64,000 nt of DNA from an uncultured Verrucomicrobiae bacterium (lineage in GTDB: Bacteria > Verrucomicrobiota > Verrucomicrobiia > Chthoniobacterales > UBA10450), in NCBI GenBank assembly GCA_963726745.1, contig CAVSDR010000005.1, forward strand, positions 32,001 through 96,000. The letters are read 5' to 3'. Shown one piece after another: positions 50,853 through 59,943 of this stretch. Made by a program: the position numbers and the translations under genes. The notes beneath the pieces were generated by a model. That model was not told the DNA's origin. It saw only the letters and a program-made list of their open reading frames with translations, and searched no databases. How positions within the stretch are numbered: position 1 is the stretch's first letter; every line of letters starts with the position of its first letter.

Positions 50853-53688
50853 TTAGGGGACGACGGCGGTGCCGGAGTTGTTCCGCACGATCACGGCGTC
50901 GCCGCCATTGACCGTGCCGTCGGTGTTCACGTCGGAGCGGAAGTTGAGGTTGTCGGCTAATTGCCCGGAGCGGTTGCGGGTTTCGGTGGCGTCGCCGGCG
51001 TTGACCGCGCCGTCGCCATTGGAATCGCCGAGGAGCGTGTCGAAAACCACCGTGGCCGGGCCGGTGACGGTGCCGTCGTTCACGCCATTGAGGGTGAGGA
51101 CCACGCGCGCCGCGTTGGGCACGCCGCTGAGGTTGATCGTGGCTGTGGCTCCGGTAAAGGAGACGCTGTCGACCGTGCCGACGTTGCTCGTGACGCTGGC
51201 GATGGCGGTGAGGTTGCTGGCAAAAGAGACGACGATTTGGTGGCTCCCGGCGATCGGCCCGCGGCGGCATTCCGTGCCGGTGGCGCCGTTCTGCGGCAGG
51301 TCGATATCGAACGTGCCCTGGCTGCCGTGGGTCTTCCGCGAGACCGCACCGAGCACGGTGACCTGCGCGGGATCGAAGGTGTAGCCCTGGACCACGTCGA
51401 TCAGGTTGAAGAGCAAACCGCCCACACCGCCTAACGAGGGCACGCTCTCGGCCGGTTGGGTGAGCGTCATCGTGCTGGCGGTGACCTCGTGCAGCTTCGC
51501 GTCGATCGCGCCCGGCTCGCTCACGTTAGCCAGCGGGACGTAAATCGTGATCGTGCCGTTGGGGCCGGGCGTGCTCTGGCAATTGGCCGCCGGCAAGGCG
51601 GCGTTCCCGGGATAAGTCAGGCTCACGCCGCCGCCGACGAAGGTGGCCGCGTTCTCGCCGTAGAAACACTGGAGCGCCGCGCCGTTGTTCGACTCCGCGT
51701 AAACGTGAAAGTTTTTGCCGCCATTCGCGTCCGTGGCGGAAGGAACGAGCCATTGCGTCGACCAGACCAAAACCGGGTCGGGATCCTGCGCGGTCGTGGG
51801 CGCGAAGCGTGAGATTGTTCACCCGCATGAACACGCGATAACAGGGCGCGCCTATCGAGCAGGGAGCGGTCGTCACTTTGGTGATGCTCGATTGCAGGAG
51901 ATCGAGCTGCGGCATGTTCGCGCTGCGAGAGGCCGCCCGCTTCGTATTTGCCGTCGCCCGCGGGATCGCCCGCGCTGTTCATCGGCGCGAGGCCGGGGAG
52001 ATTGATCGGCGAATTGGCCGCGAAGAGCGTCTGGCCGCCGTTTTGGCGCACGAACATGCCGTGCGGGTCGAAGGCCTCGGTGATGTTGTTTGAATCGGCG
52101 TAGGAAATTTCCGCCTCGCCGAGCGCGCCCAGCCGCACCTGCAGGAAATCGCCCAGGGTGCGGTCGCCAGTTTGGCCGCCGATGAGCGTTTGGATGCTGC
52201 CGCGATGGACGAAATGCGCGCTCGCCAGGATCGGCGCGGTGAAGGTGGGCACGGCGGTCGTGCGCGTTCAGCGATTGCATCATCCAAAGGCTCCAATCGC
52301 AGGTCGCTGGACACGAATCCGGGCCGCTCGAGGGATACGCCGGCGCGCCCGGCGTGCCATACCAAACGAGGTCGACCCGGCCGTCGTCCCCGGCGACGAT
52401 CCAGGCGAAAACGTTATTCCGCAGTGTTCCGGCGGAGGAGCCGCTGGTGTTGAGCGCGATCGGCGCGGCCCAGGTGTTTCCCTGGTCGGTCGAGTAGGTG
52501 TATTTCAGAATCGTGTCCCCGGTCACTTGCCCGCCGGCATTGATCGGCGCCTCTTCCCAGACGGCGTAGAGATTGCCCGCGCGGTCGATCGCCATCGTGG
52601 GGAAGTTGCCGCCTGTTTTCGCGTTCGGGCCGAGATCGGCCACCGGCAGGTCGACGCAGTTCAAGCCGCTCGGATCGCTCACGTTGGCGACCGGCGGCGC
52701 CGAAGGCCACGGGAAAGCAGCGGCCCACGAGAATCTTGTCCAAGGTGGCGTTGTCGTGAACCACGAAGACGTGCTTGACCGGCGTCGCAAGGGTGGCGTA
52801 TCCGCCCTGGCCGTTCGGTTGCCCGAGGGTGGTCGCGACCGGGCTGACCTCGTTATTGCCCATGATCGCCTCGTCGCAACTTCCGACCGCGCTCACGTGA
52901 TTCGCCGGCCCAAACTCGATCCCGGCGGTCGCGCCCGCGCCGGTCACGGGCGAGCGATACATCACCAGGACGTTGTTGCCCGTGCTGCCCCCGCAAACGA
53001 CGCCGCCTGGCCCGATCTCGTCATTCGCCAGGTAAAGGCTGCCGCCGTTGAGCGGGTCGCCATCGAGCGCATACCATTGGCGATCGACCGCGGTGTCGGG
53101 CACGCCCGTGTTGCTGCAGGCAAAAGTCGCGCCGAAATCATCCGAGCGGCCGGTGCTGAAGTTCGCCAGCGTGAGGTCGTTGAAGTAAAGCCGCCCGGCA
53201 GAGTCGACCGCGAGTTCGGTGTCGCCGCCGCCATTGCAAGCGGTCACTTTTCCTTCGAGCGGCGCGCCGTTCGGGATCCACTTAAAGGTCCGGCCGCCAT
53301 CGAGCGAGCGCCAGATCCAGCTGGTGTTCGCCGAGAGCGTTCCCGGCGCGCTGGTATAGATGCGGCTGGGATTGGACGGATCGACTCGCAGGTCCTGCTC
53401 AAAGCCCGAACCGCCGATGCCGCTGATGATCGGTTGCCCAAAAGTCGGCGTGCCCGCCGGCGCAGAAACCGTCGGCAAATCGAAGGTTGCGGCGCGCATG
53501 GATGGCGCGCTTTCGAGGTTCCGCGCGCGCAGCGGCAGCGGCCGCTCCAGGCTTAACCGTGGTCCGGGGCGGCGTGGAAGTTCTCCGCGAAATCCGATCA
53601 CCGCCAGCGCCGCGCCGGCTGAGCCGAGCAGCAGCGCGCAAATGACCCGCGCCAGGCGGGCGGTCCGCAAACGAGCCGAGTGAGACAT
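50853..53688 (-). CDS. Large secreted BNR/sialidase-like protein with C-terminal SRKTHG + dockerin-like module (several frameshifts between 51800 and 52710)
   Basis: Asp-boxes SLDGGRTF, SDDFGATF, STDQGNTW; VSRKTHG; duplicated GDxNGDGxVNxGD. Confidence 0.72.
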
Positions 53689-53801
53689 GGGGGTGTCCTC
53701 CGGGCCGCAGCCGGCGAGGAACCATTCCTGGCCCGATACGGCGCTTTCCAAAAGTGCATCGTCGCTGGCGCCGCAGCCGCGCGTGCGGCCGGCCGAAGAA
53801 G

Positions 53802-53883
53802 TGCCGGGGAGGGGACTCGAACCCCTAAGGATTGCTCCACCAGATCCTAAGTCTGGCGCGTCTGCCAATTTCGCCACCCCGGC
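53802..53883 (-). tRNA. tRNA-Leu (anticodon TAG)
   Basis: GCCGGGGTGGCGAAATTGGCAGACGCG-CCAGA-CTTAGGA-TCTGG, variable arm, GGTTCGAGTCC, CCCCGGC-A; CCA not encoded. Confidence 0.96.
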
Positions 53884-53975
53884 GGCGTGCGGCTCCGCGA
53901 ACTTTAGGGAGAACTGCGGCCGGCTCCAGAGATTTGCGTGACGCCGGCGCAGGCGCGCTCTAACAAGGCGGGACG

Positions 53976-54920
53976 ATGGAGCACTCTCCCGCGCGGCGTG
54001 TCGGCTATGGACCCTGGCTGGTGGGGTTGGGCGCGGCGCTCTGGGGGACGGAAAGCGCCTGGCGCATTCCGCTGAACGATCTCTTCGCGGCGCCGGTGAT
54101 CGTCTTCTGGGAGCACGTGCTCATCCTGCTTTTGTTCCTGCCGATTTTGCTGCCGCAACTGGGCGAGCTGCGAAAAATTAGCCGGCAAGCTTGGGGCTAT
54201 CTGCTCTTCAGCGGGTTTGCCGGATCGGCCGTGGGCACGGTCTTCTTCACGCTCGCGCTCAAGAACGGCAATCCCACCGTGGTCAACGTGATCCTGAACC
54301 TTCAGCCAGTCATCTCGACCGCGGGAGCCTTCCTTTTTTTCCGCGACCGCCTTACGCCGCGCTTCTTCCTTTTCGCAGGCATCGCAATCCTCGCCGGGGT
54401 TTTTCTGTCGGTGGAACATCCCACGCTCATCGGCCGTTCGTTTGCCGAGGCGGGCTTGAATCTCGGGACCGGTTATGCGCTCATCTGCGCGGTTTTCTGG
54501 GGACTCTCGACCGTGGCCGGACGGGGCGTGATGCTGGGAATGCCGCTGCGCCTGGCCGCGGGCTTGCGCATCGTCGTGGGGCTCGTCTGCATGACGGTCA
54601 TCCTCCTGATTTACGGCTTGTTGAACGGCGCCGCGCTCTGGCCGGCGGCGGCGCAAGCAAAGCCCGGGACCGCGATCGGCGCGATGATCTTGCTGGCTAC
54701 AATTTCCGGCGGCATCCCACTTTTGATTTACTTCGAGGGCTTGCGGCTGACGCGCGCTTCCACCGCCGGCTACTTCGAGATGCTGCAAACTCTGGCCGCA
54801 GTTGCGATCACCTGGGGAGTGTTCCACGCCGCGCTGCGGCCGCACCAGGTCCTCGCGGCCATCGTCCTTATGGCCGCGGTCGTCATGGTGCAGCGCGCGC
54901 AGGCCGCGGTGGAGAATTAG
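53976..54920 (+). CDS. DMT/EamA family transporter
   Basis: Two EamA-like halves (AALWG / AVFWG), about 10 TM helices. Confidence 0.85.
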   Translation: MEHSPARRVGYGPWLVGLGAALWGTESAWRIPLNDLFAAPVIVFWEHVLILLLFLPILLPQLGELRKISRQAWGYLLFSGFAGSAVGTVFFTLALKNGNPTVVNVILNLQPVISTAGAFLFFRDRLTPRFFLFAGIAILAGVFLSVEHPTLIGRSFAEAGLNLGTGYALICAVFWGLSTVAGRGVMLGMPLRLAAGLRIVVGLVCMTVILLIYGLLNGAALWPAAAQAKPGTAIGAMILLATISGGIPLLIYFEGLRLTRASTAGYFEMLQTLAAVAITWGVFHAALRPHQVLAAIVLMAAVVMVQRAQAAVEN

Positions 54921-55966
54921 CCGGCAAGTTGGCGACGGGAGAAAAACTCCGGGGTCGCGACGAGCAACGCAAGCAGACCGCCGAGCGCAGTGTTGGCCAC
55001 ACGGTGAAGCGCAACCTCTCCCTCCGGCAAACCGGCGAAGGAAAGCAGGAATGCGATGTAGGCAGTCACGCAAATGCTGAAGACGCCGTAGTTCACGTTC
55101 AGGACGGAGTAGCAGAGCCACGCCGACAGCACGATGAGCGCGCTCAAGGCCACCGGGTCGGGCCGCAATCCGCTGGCTAAAACTGTCGCCAATCCCGCAC
55201 CCACGAGCGTCCCGGCCACGCGGGCCACGCCGCGGCTGTAGGTTTCCCGAAGATCCGTGCGGAGGACAAAGAGCGCGGTCATCGGCACCCAGTAGCCATT
55301 CGGCAAAGCGAGCGCACGCGCGAGCGCAGCCGCGCCGGCCAGGAGCAGCGCGAGCTTGACCGCGTAGCGAAATTCCGCGGAGCGGGCGCGGATTTTTTGC
55401 TGCAGCAGCTCCAAGGCCGAGGCAAACCCCGGGAAGGGAATTGCCGACGGGATCACCACATCGAAACGCGCATGGATTCGCCGGAAGAGAAGCACGATCG
55501 CCATCTGCAAACAGCCGCCAAGGAGAACGAGAAGCGCGCGCCCGGAGGCATTCGCGAGGTCGGAAGGATAAGCCGTGGAGACGAGCGCGAAGATGGCGCA
55601 TTGCAAGGCGATCCAGGCGACGCTTTCCCCGAGCGCGCTCAGCATTCCGTAAACGAAGCCGACGGCCAGGCCGTTGAGCGCGACCCCGAGAGGCGTGTGC
55701 GGCACGAGCGAGCCGACGCCGGTCGCGAGGCTCATCCCGAGGCTCGCCCAGAGCATGGGGCGGCGCCGGGAGTTGCCCAGTGTTTGAAACGCGCCGAAGC
55801 CGACCGACATCGCGCCGCCGGCCGCGATCATGCCGTAAATCGGGCGGCCCGCGATGAGCCCTGCGCCCAGCGAAAGCGCGATCGCAAGGATGCAGGGAAA
55901 TGCCGCGCGCGCGCGGGATTCGGCCCAATTGAGCCTGAACGCGTCGCCAAAAATCTCGCGGAACAT
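54917..55966 (-). CDS. FUSC family membrane protein
   Basis: FRYAVKL, GYWVPMTALFVL, RGVARVAGTLVG, RVANTALGG. Confidence 0.85.
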   Translation of the reverse strand: MFREIFGDAFRLNWAESRARAAFPCILAIALSLGAGLIAGRPIYGMIAAGGAMSVGFGAFQTLGNSRRRPMLWASLGMSLATGVGSLVPHTPLGVALNGLAVGFVYGMLSALGESVAWIALQCAIFALVSTAYPSDLANASGRALLVLLGGCLQMAIVLLFRRIHARFDVVIPSAIPFPGFASALELLQQKIRARSAEFRYAVKLALLLAGAAALARALALPNGYWVPMTALFVLRTDLRETYSRGVARVAGTLVGAGLATVLASGLRPDPVALSALIVLSAWLCYSVLNVNYGVFSICVTAYIAFLLSFAGLPEGEVALHRVANTALGGLLALLVATPEFFSRRQLAG

Positions 55967-55991
55967 CCGTAGTGATACGTCGCTCCGTGGC

Positions 55992-56873
55992 CTAGCGACC
56001 GCGCAGCCAGGCGAGCACGCCTAACGACTGCAGGAGGATGAGCGCGCCGTCGAGGATGGCGATGACCGCGAAGAAGCGCTTGGCGTTCTGGCTGGAGAGC
56101 CATTGCGCGAGGAACGGCCCCAGCCGCCCGCCCCAGAGCGCGCCCAGGAAAGTGAAAGCGGCCATCTCCCAGGGCACCCCGCCGAAGACAAAGCTGTGCA
56201 GGCCGGCGAGCAGGATGGAATTAATAGCCAGCAAGACGACGCCGAGGCCGAGCGCGCGGTTGGCGTTGAGCCCGTAGGCGAGCATGCAAAAGGCCGCGAC
56301 GATTTCACCTTCGCCGATCGCGACCCAGCCGGTGATCAAGCCGCCGATCGCGGAAACGCCGAGGAGCGGCCAATGCGCGCGCGCCGGGAGTTCGTCCACC
56401 CCGCCGTTGCGCCGCGCGGTCAGGAGCGTGAGCGCGCCGGCTAAAAGACAGATCGGGCCGAAGAGGCCTTTCACCAGCATCGGGCTGGCGTGGATCACGA
56501 ACGAGGAAAAGAGCGCGCCGAGCACGAGCGACGGCACCGTCCAGCGCAGGAGCCGCAGCGGCACTTCGCCGCGCGCGAGCCAACCGGCCGCGCCGCTGCT
56601 CATGCCCGCGGTCTGGCTAACGAAGGCGAGCTTGAGCGCGCTCACCGGGTCGAGCTGGTAGGCAAAAATCAGCGCCGGGATGAAGACCAGGCCGCCGCCG
56701 ATCGCGGTCAAATTCCCCAGGGTCGCGCCGGCCAGGCCGACGAAAATCAGCGGCCAGTTGCGCGCCGCGAGCGCTGCCGGTTGCTCGAAAAACCAGAGAT
56801 AAGCGACCAGCCAGAGCGCGGTGCACACAAAGAGCCACGGGTTGAAGTAACGCAGGCGGCGCGTGGCGGGCAT
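55992..56873 (-). CDS. Sulfite exporter TauE/SafE family protein
   Basis: AIGGGLVFIPAL, GGLITGWVAIGEGE, GALWGGRLG. Confidence 0.8.
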   Translation of the reverse strand: MPATRRLRYFNPWLFVCTALWLVAYLWFFEQPAALAARNWPLIFVGLAGATLGNLTAIGGGLVFIPALIFAYQLDPVSALKLAFVSQTAGMSSGAAGWLARGEVPLRLLRWTVPSLVLGALFSSFVIHASPMLVKGLFGPICLLAGALTLLTARRNGGVDELPARAHWPLLGVSAIGGLITGWVAIGEGEIVAAFCMLAYGLNANRALGLGVVLLAINSILLAGLHSFVFGGVPWEMAAFTFLGALWGGRLGPFLAQWLSSQNAKRFFAVIAILDGALILLQSLGVLAWLRGR

Positions 56874-56955
56874 GGGCGCGCCTCTCATCGACCGCGCAGG
56901 CCCCAGGTGCAAATTTCCGCTGGCGCATTCCCCTTTTCGGCGGTGAGTTCCTCTC

Positions 56956-57570
56956 ATGACGAAGACGCGCCTCCTCTCCATGGCCATGGCGTTGCTCGGC
57001 CTCAGCTTGCGGCCTTTGCCCGCGCAGGAAACTCTTGCGGCCGACGAGTTGAGCCTAACGAGTGCAACCGAGGCCGCGTCCGCGCTCGCGCTTTCGCGCC
57101 CGGACCTTTTCGGCACGATCGATGGCTCGCTTCTTTTGCACGGTCTTCCTGCGCTCACGCTTTTGGACGGGCGGCGGTTCCCCATCAACCAGGAGCTCGG
57201 CCGCATGGGCCGCGGGCCGTTTGACCTTTTCCCGCTCGCCTTCCTTTCTTCGGTGGCAACGCAGCCGCACGGCGCGGCCCCGCGCTCCGGGAGCGATGCG
57301 CCCGGCGGCGTGGTCGACCTGCAGCTGAAACGCGGGGTCTACACCGGCGGCGAGCTGGGCGTATTCTACGGGAAATCAGGCGGCAAGTTCAGCCGCGAAG
57401 ACAAGTCGGCCTACATCATCGGCACGGTTGGAAACGACAAGGTGCAGATTACCGCCGGCGCCTCCTATCAGGAATCGAGCGGCCGCGGCGGCGTGCGATT
57501 ACGGTCGTTAGGCGCAGGCAGTCAGGCGACGCAAGGTCCCACGCCCGTAACTGCAGTTTCCCCGGGCTAG
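56956..57570 (+). CDS. Secreted protein with a TonB-dependent receptor plug-like region but no full beta-barrel
   Basis: Signal peptide; LTLLDGRRF...DLFPLAFL...GSDAPGGVVDLQLK followed by only a few beta-strands. Confidence 0.55.
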   Translation: MTKTRLLSMAMALLGLSLRPLPAQETLAADELSLTSATEAASALALSRPDLFGTIDGSLLLHGLPALTLLDGRRFPINQELGRMGRGPFDLFPLAFLSSVATQPHGAAPRSGSDAPGGVVDLQLKRGVYTGGELGVFYGKSGGKFSREDKSAYIIGTVGNDKVQITAGASYQESSGRGGVRLRSLGAGSQATQGPTPVTAVSPG

Positions 57571-58709
57571 GGCACGACGACGCGGAAGATCCGTTGCGCC
57601 GCGCCGAGGCCACCAGTCTGGCTGCCGTCGTCGGTCCAGGTCAGCGCATGCCCGTTGCCGGAAAAATCCGGCACGATCGATCTCCAGCTCGCGTCGGCTA
57701 ACGAGTCTTTCCATTGCACGCGATAGCTCAAGCCGGGCTGGCTGTCCCAGGAGAGCGTGGTCCCGCTGGCGGTATGCGCGACGAGATGCAACGCGAAGAG
57801 CGGATCGGCCTGCGGAATCGCGCCCGGGAGAAAAAGATCGCTCAGGTCGAGCGCGGCGGCGGCGTCGCCCAGCGGCGGGCCGACCGCGAAAATCTTTTGG
57901 AGGGTGCGCACGGTGGAGCTGTGCGTGTACGGCAAGCTGTTGGCGTAGCCGCCGCCTTTTCCCGAGGGCGAGAGCACGAGCAACCCGATCGGACCATCGC
58001 TTCCGCTGCCGCCCTCGTCCCAGGTGATAAGCAGCAAGCCGCCATTTTGATAGGCGGCCGAATTCAGGATCCCGGGCACGATCGCGGCCAGCCAGTTGTC
58101 GCCTTGTTTGACCGGGTCGTTCGTCGGCGCGCAACTATCGTGCATGCTGTTGCAGATGTTTGGGGTGATGAAGTTGTAGTGTGCCACGGTCCCATTCGCG
58201 AGGTCGGCCGCGAGTTCCGTAACCGGACGCATCAGGCCCAGGCAATCGCCTCCAACGACATCGTCGAAGTAGGCGAAAGGATTGTGCTTCACGTAGTAGG
58301 GATAGCTGTCGGTTGTCGGACAAGTGGTGCCGCTGATGCTCTCCTGGTAGGTCTTCCAGGAAATGCCGGCCTGCCGAAGCTGGCTCACGAGATGTTGGGT
58401 CGTCGCCTGATGGTTGGTTGACGGCGGATTGTTGTTCGTGATCCCGAAGTTCGTCCCGGCTTCCAGCCAGAGATAATTTGGGAGACTCGGATGCAGCGCC
58501 GGCGGGTTGCGATACTGCTCCGCATGCGCGGCCATCGGCAGGAGAACGTTGTTGATGTAGGGCGCGCTGGGGTTGCCCTTGATGCCCGACCAGTTGTGAT
58601 TCTCCAGGACGATCAGGAAGACCGTCTTGCTGCCATCGAGCGTGGCCGCGCCAAGCGAACCGCAGAGCATGCCGGCGGCGCCGATGAAAAGAAGGAGCGC
58701 ACGCCGCAT
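57567..58709 (-). CDS. Secreted phosphoesterase / acid phosphatase family protein with C-terminal beta domain
   Basis: VFLIVLENH, APYIN, HPSLPNYL, KHNPFAYF, FITPN..MHD, ITWDE, YTHSS. Confidence 0.85.
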   Translation of the reverse strand: MRRALLLFIGAAGMLCGSLGAATLDGSKTVFLIVLENHNWSGIKGNPSAPYINNVLLPMAAHAEQYRNPPALHPSLPNYLWLEAGTNFGITNNNPPSTNHQATTQHLVSQLRQAGISWKTYQESISGTTCPTTDSYPYYVKHNPFAYFDDVVGGDCLGLMRPVTELAADLANGTVAHYNFITPNICNSMHDSCAPTNDPVKQGDNWLAAIVPGILNSAAYQNGGLLLITWDEGGSGSDGPIGLLVLSPSGKGGGYANSLPYTHSSTVRTLQKIFAVGPPLGDAAAALDLSDLFLPGAIPQADPLFALHLVAHTASGTTLSWDSQPGLSYRVQWKDSLADASWRSIVPDFSGNGHALTWTDDGSQTGGLGAAQRIFRVVVP

Positions 58710-58825
58710 GGTCCAACTCCTAGGCCCGATCAGGCGTCAGGCGAAATGGAAAGAAAGCGCCGCCAGTTGCCAGGCGCATCGAGTTGCGGGATGTAACTGG
58801 CGCGCCGCGCGCGCCACTTTTACGC

Positions 58826-59554
58826 ATGAAAAAAATCGCCCTCGTCACTGGAGCCAATAAAGGCATCGGCCTGGAAACTGCGCGGCAGCTCGCGCAGAAA
58901 GGGATGACCGTCCTCCTCGGCGCGCGCGATGCGCGCAAGGGCCAGGAAGCGGTCGCGCAGCTGCAAGGCGAAGGCCTGGAGGTGCAGTTGCTCGAGATCG
59001 ACGTAAGCGACGAGGCGAGCGTCGCGCGGGCAGCGAAAAAAGTGGAGAGCGACTTCGGCCGGCTCGACATCCTGGTGAACAACGCCGGCGTGATGCTCGA
59101 TGACGAAACGAAAAAGGCCAGCGAGCAAACCATGGAAACCTGGCGCCGCACCTTCGACACCAATCTCTTCGGCCTCGTCGCCACCACGAATGCTTTCCTT
59201 CCGCTTCTGCGCAAAAGCGACGCCGGCCGGATCGTGAATTTAAGCAGCATCCTGGGCTCGATCACGCATCACGCCACGCCCGGCTCGCCGGTCTACGACA
59301 GCAAGGGCTACACTTGCTACAACGTCTCCAAGACCGCGGTCAACGCCTACACGGTGCAGCTCGCCTACGAGTTGAAGGGCACGAAGATCAAGGTCAACGC
59401 GGCGCATCCCGGCTGGGTCAAAACCGAGATGGGCGGGAAAGGGGCGAGCATGGAAATTCCCGATGGCGCCAAGACCAGCGTGGCCCTGGCGACGATCGGC
59501 GAGGATGGTCCGAACGGCGCTTATCTGCACGAGGGCGAGCCGCTTCCTTGGTGA
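58826..59554 (+). CDS. Short-chain dehydrogenase/reductase (carbonyl reductase-like)
   Basis: VTGANKGIG, LDILVNNAG, YNVSK, HPGWVKT. Confidence 0.92.
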   Translation: MKKIALVTGANKGIGLETARQLAQKGMTVLLGARDARKGQEAVAQLQGEGLEVQLLEIDVSDEASVARAAKKVESDFGRLDILVNNAGVMLDDETKKASEQTMETWRRTFDTNLFGLVATTNAFLPLLRKSDAGRIVNLSSILGSITHHATPGSPVYDSKGYTCYNVSKTAVNAYTVQLAYELKGTKIKVNAAHPGWVKTEMGGKGASMEIPDGAKTSVALATIGEDGPNGAYLHEGEPLPW

Positions 59555-59570
59555 GAAATTAGCCAGCGAG

Positions 59571-59900
59571 ATGAACGAACCAATCAACATCAACGAAGCC
59601 AGTTTCGAGAAAGCCGTGCTCCGTTCGCCCGTTCCGGTAGTGGTCGACTTCTGGGCCGAGTGGTGCGGCCCGTGCAAGATGATCGCGCCCGTCCTGAATG
59701 AGATCGCGCGGGAACAAGGCGATCGTTTTCGCATCGCGAAAGTGAATGTGGATGACGAGCAGGCGTTGATGCAGCGCTTCCAGATTCGCGGCATTCCGAC
59801 GCTGCTTTTCTTCAGCGGCGGCGAGCAACGCGACCAACTGGTCGGGATGGCGCCGAAGCAGGCCATCCTGGAAAAGCTCGAGCAGCTCGCCGCGAGCTGA
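59571..59900 (+). CDS. trxA: Thioredoxin
   Basis: VDFWAEWCGPCK, KVNVD, IRGIPTL. Confidence 0.95.
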   Translation: MNEPININEASFEKAVLRSPVPVVVDFWAEWCGPCKMIAPVLNEIAREQGDRFRIAKVNVDDEQALMQRFQIRGIPTLLFFSGGEQRDQLVGMAPKQAILEKLEQLAAS

Positions 59901-59943
59901 CTTTTTCTCGCGTCGGGCCGCGCGCTCGCGCAAGGTCGCGCGC

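Noticed and set aside
53690..53975. tRNA-Leu as integration site of a genomic island carrying the dockerin genes
   Set aside because: No integrase, no duplicated tRNA 3' end seen, and the downstream genes carry the host motif A at normal density.
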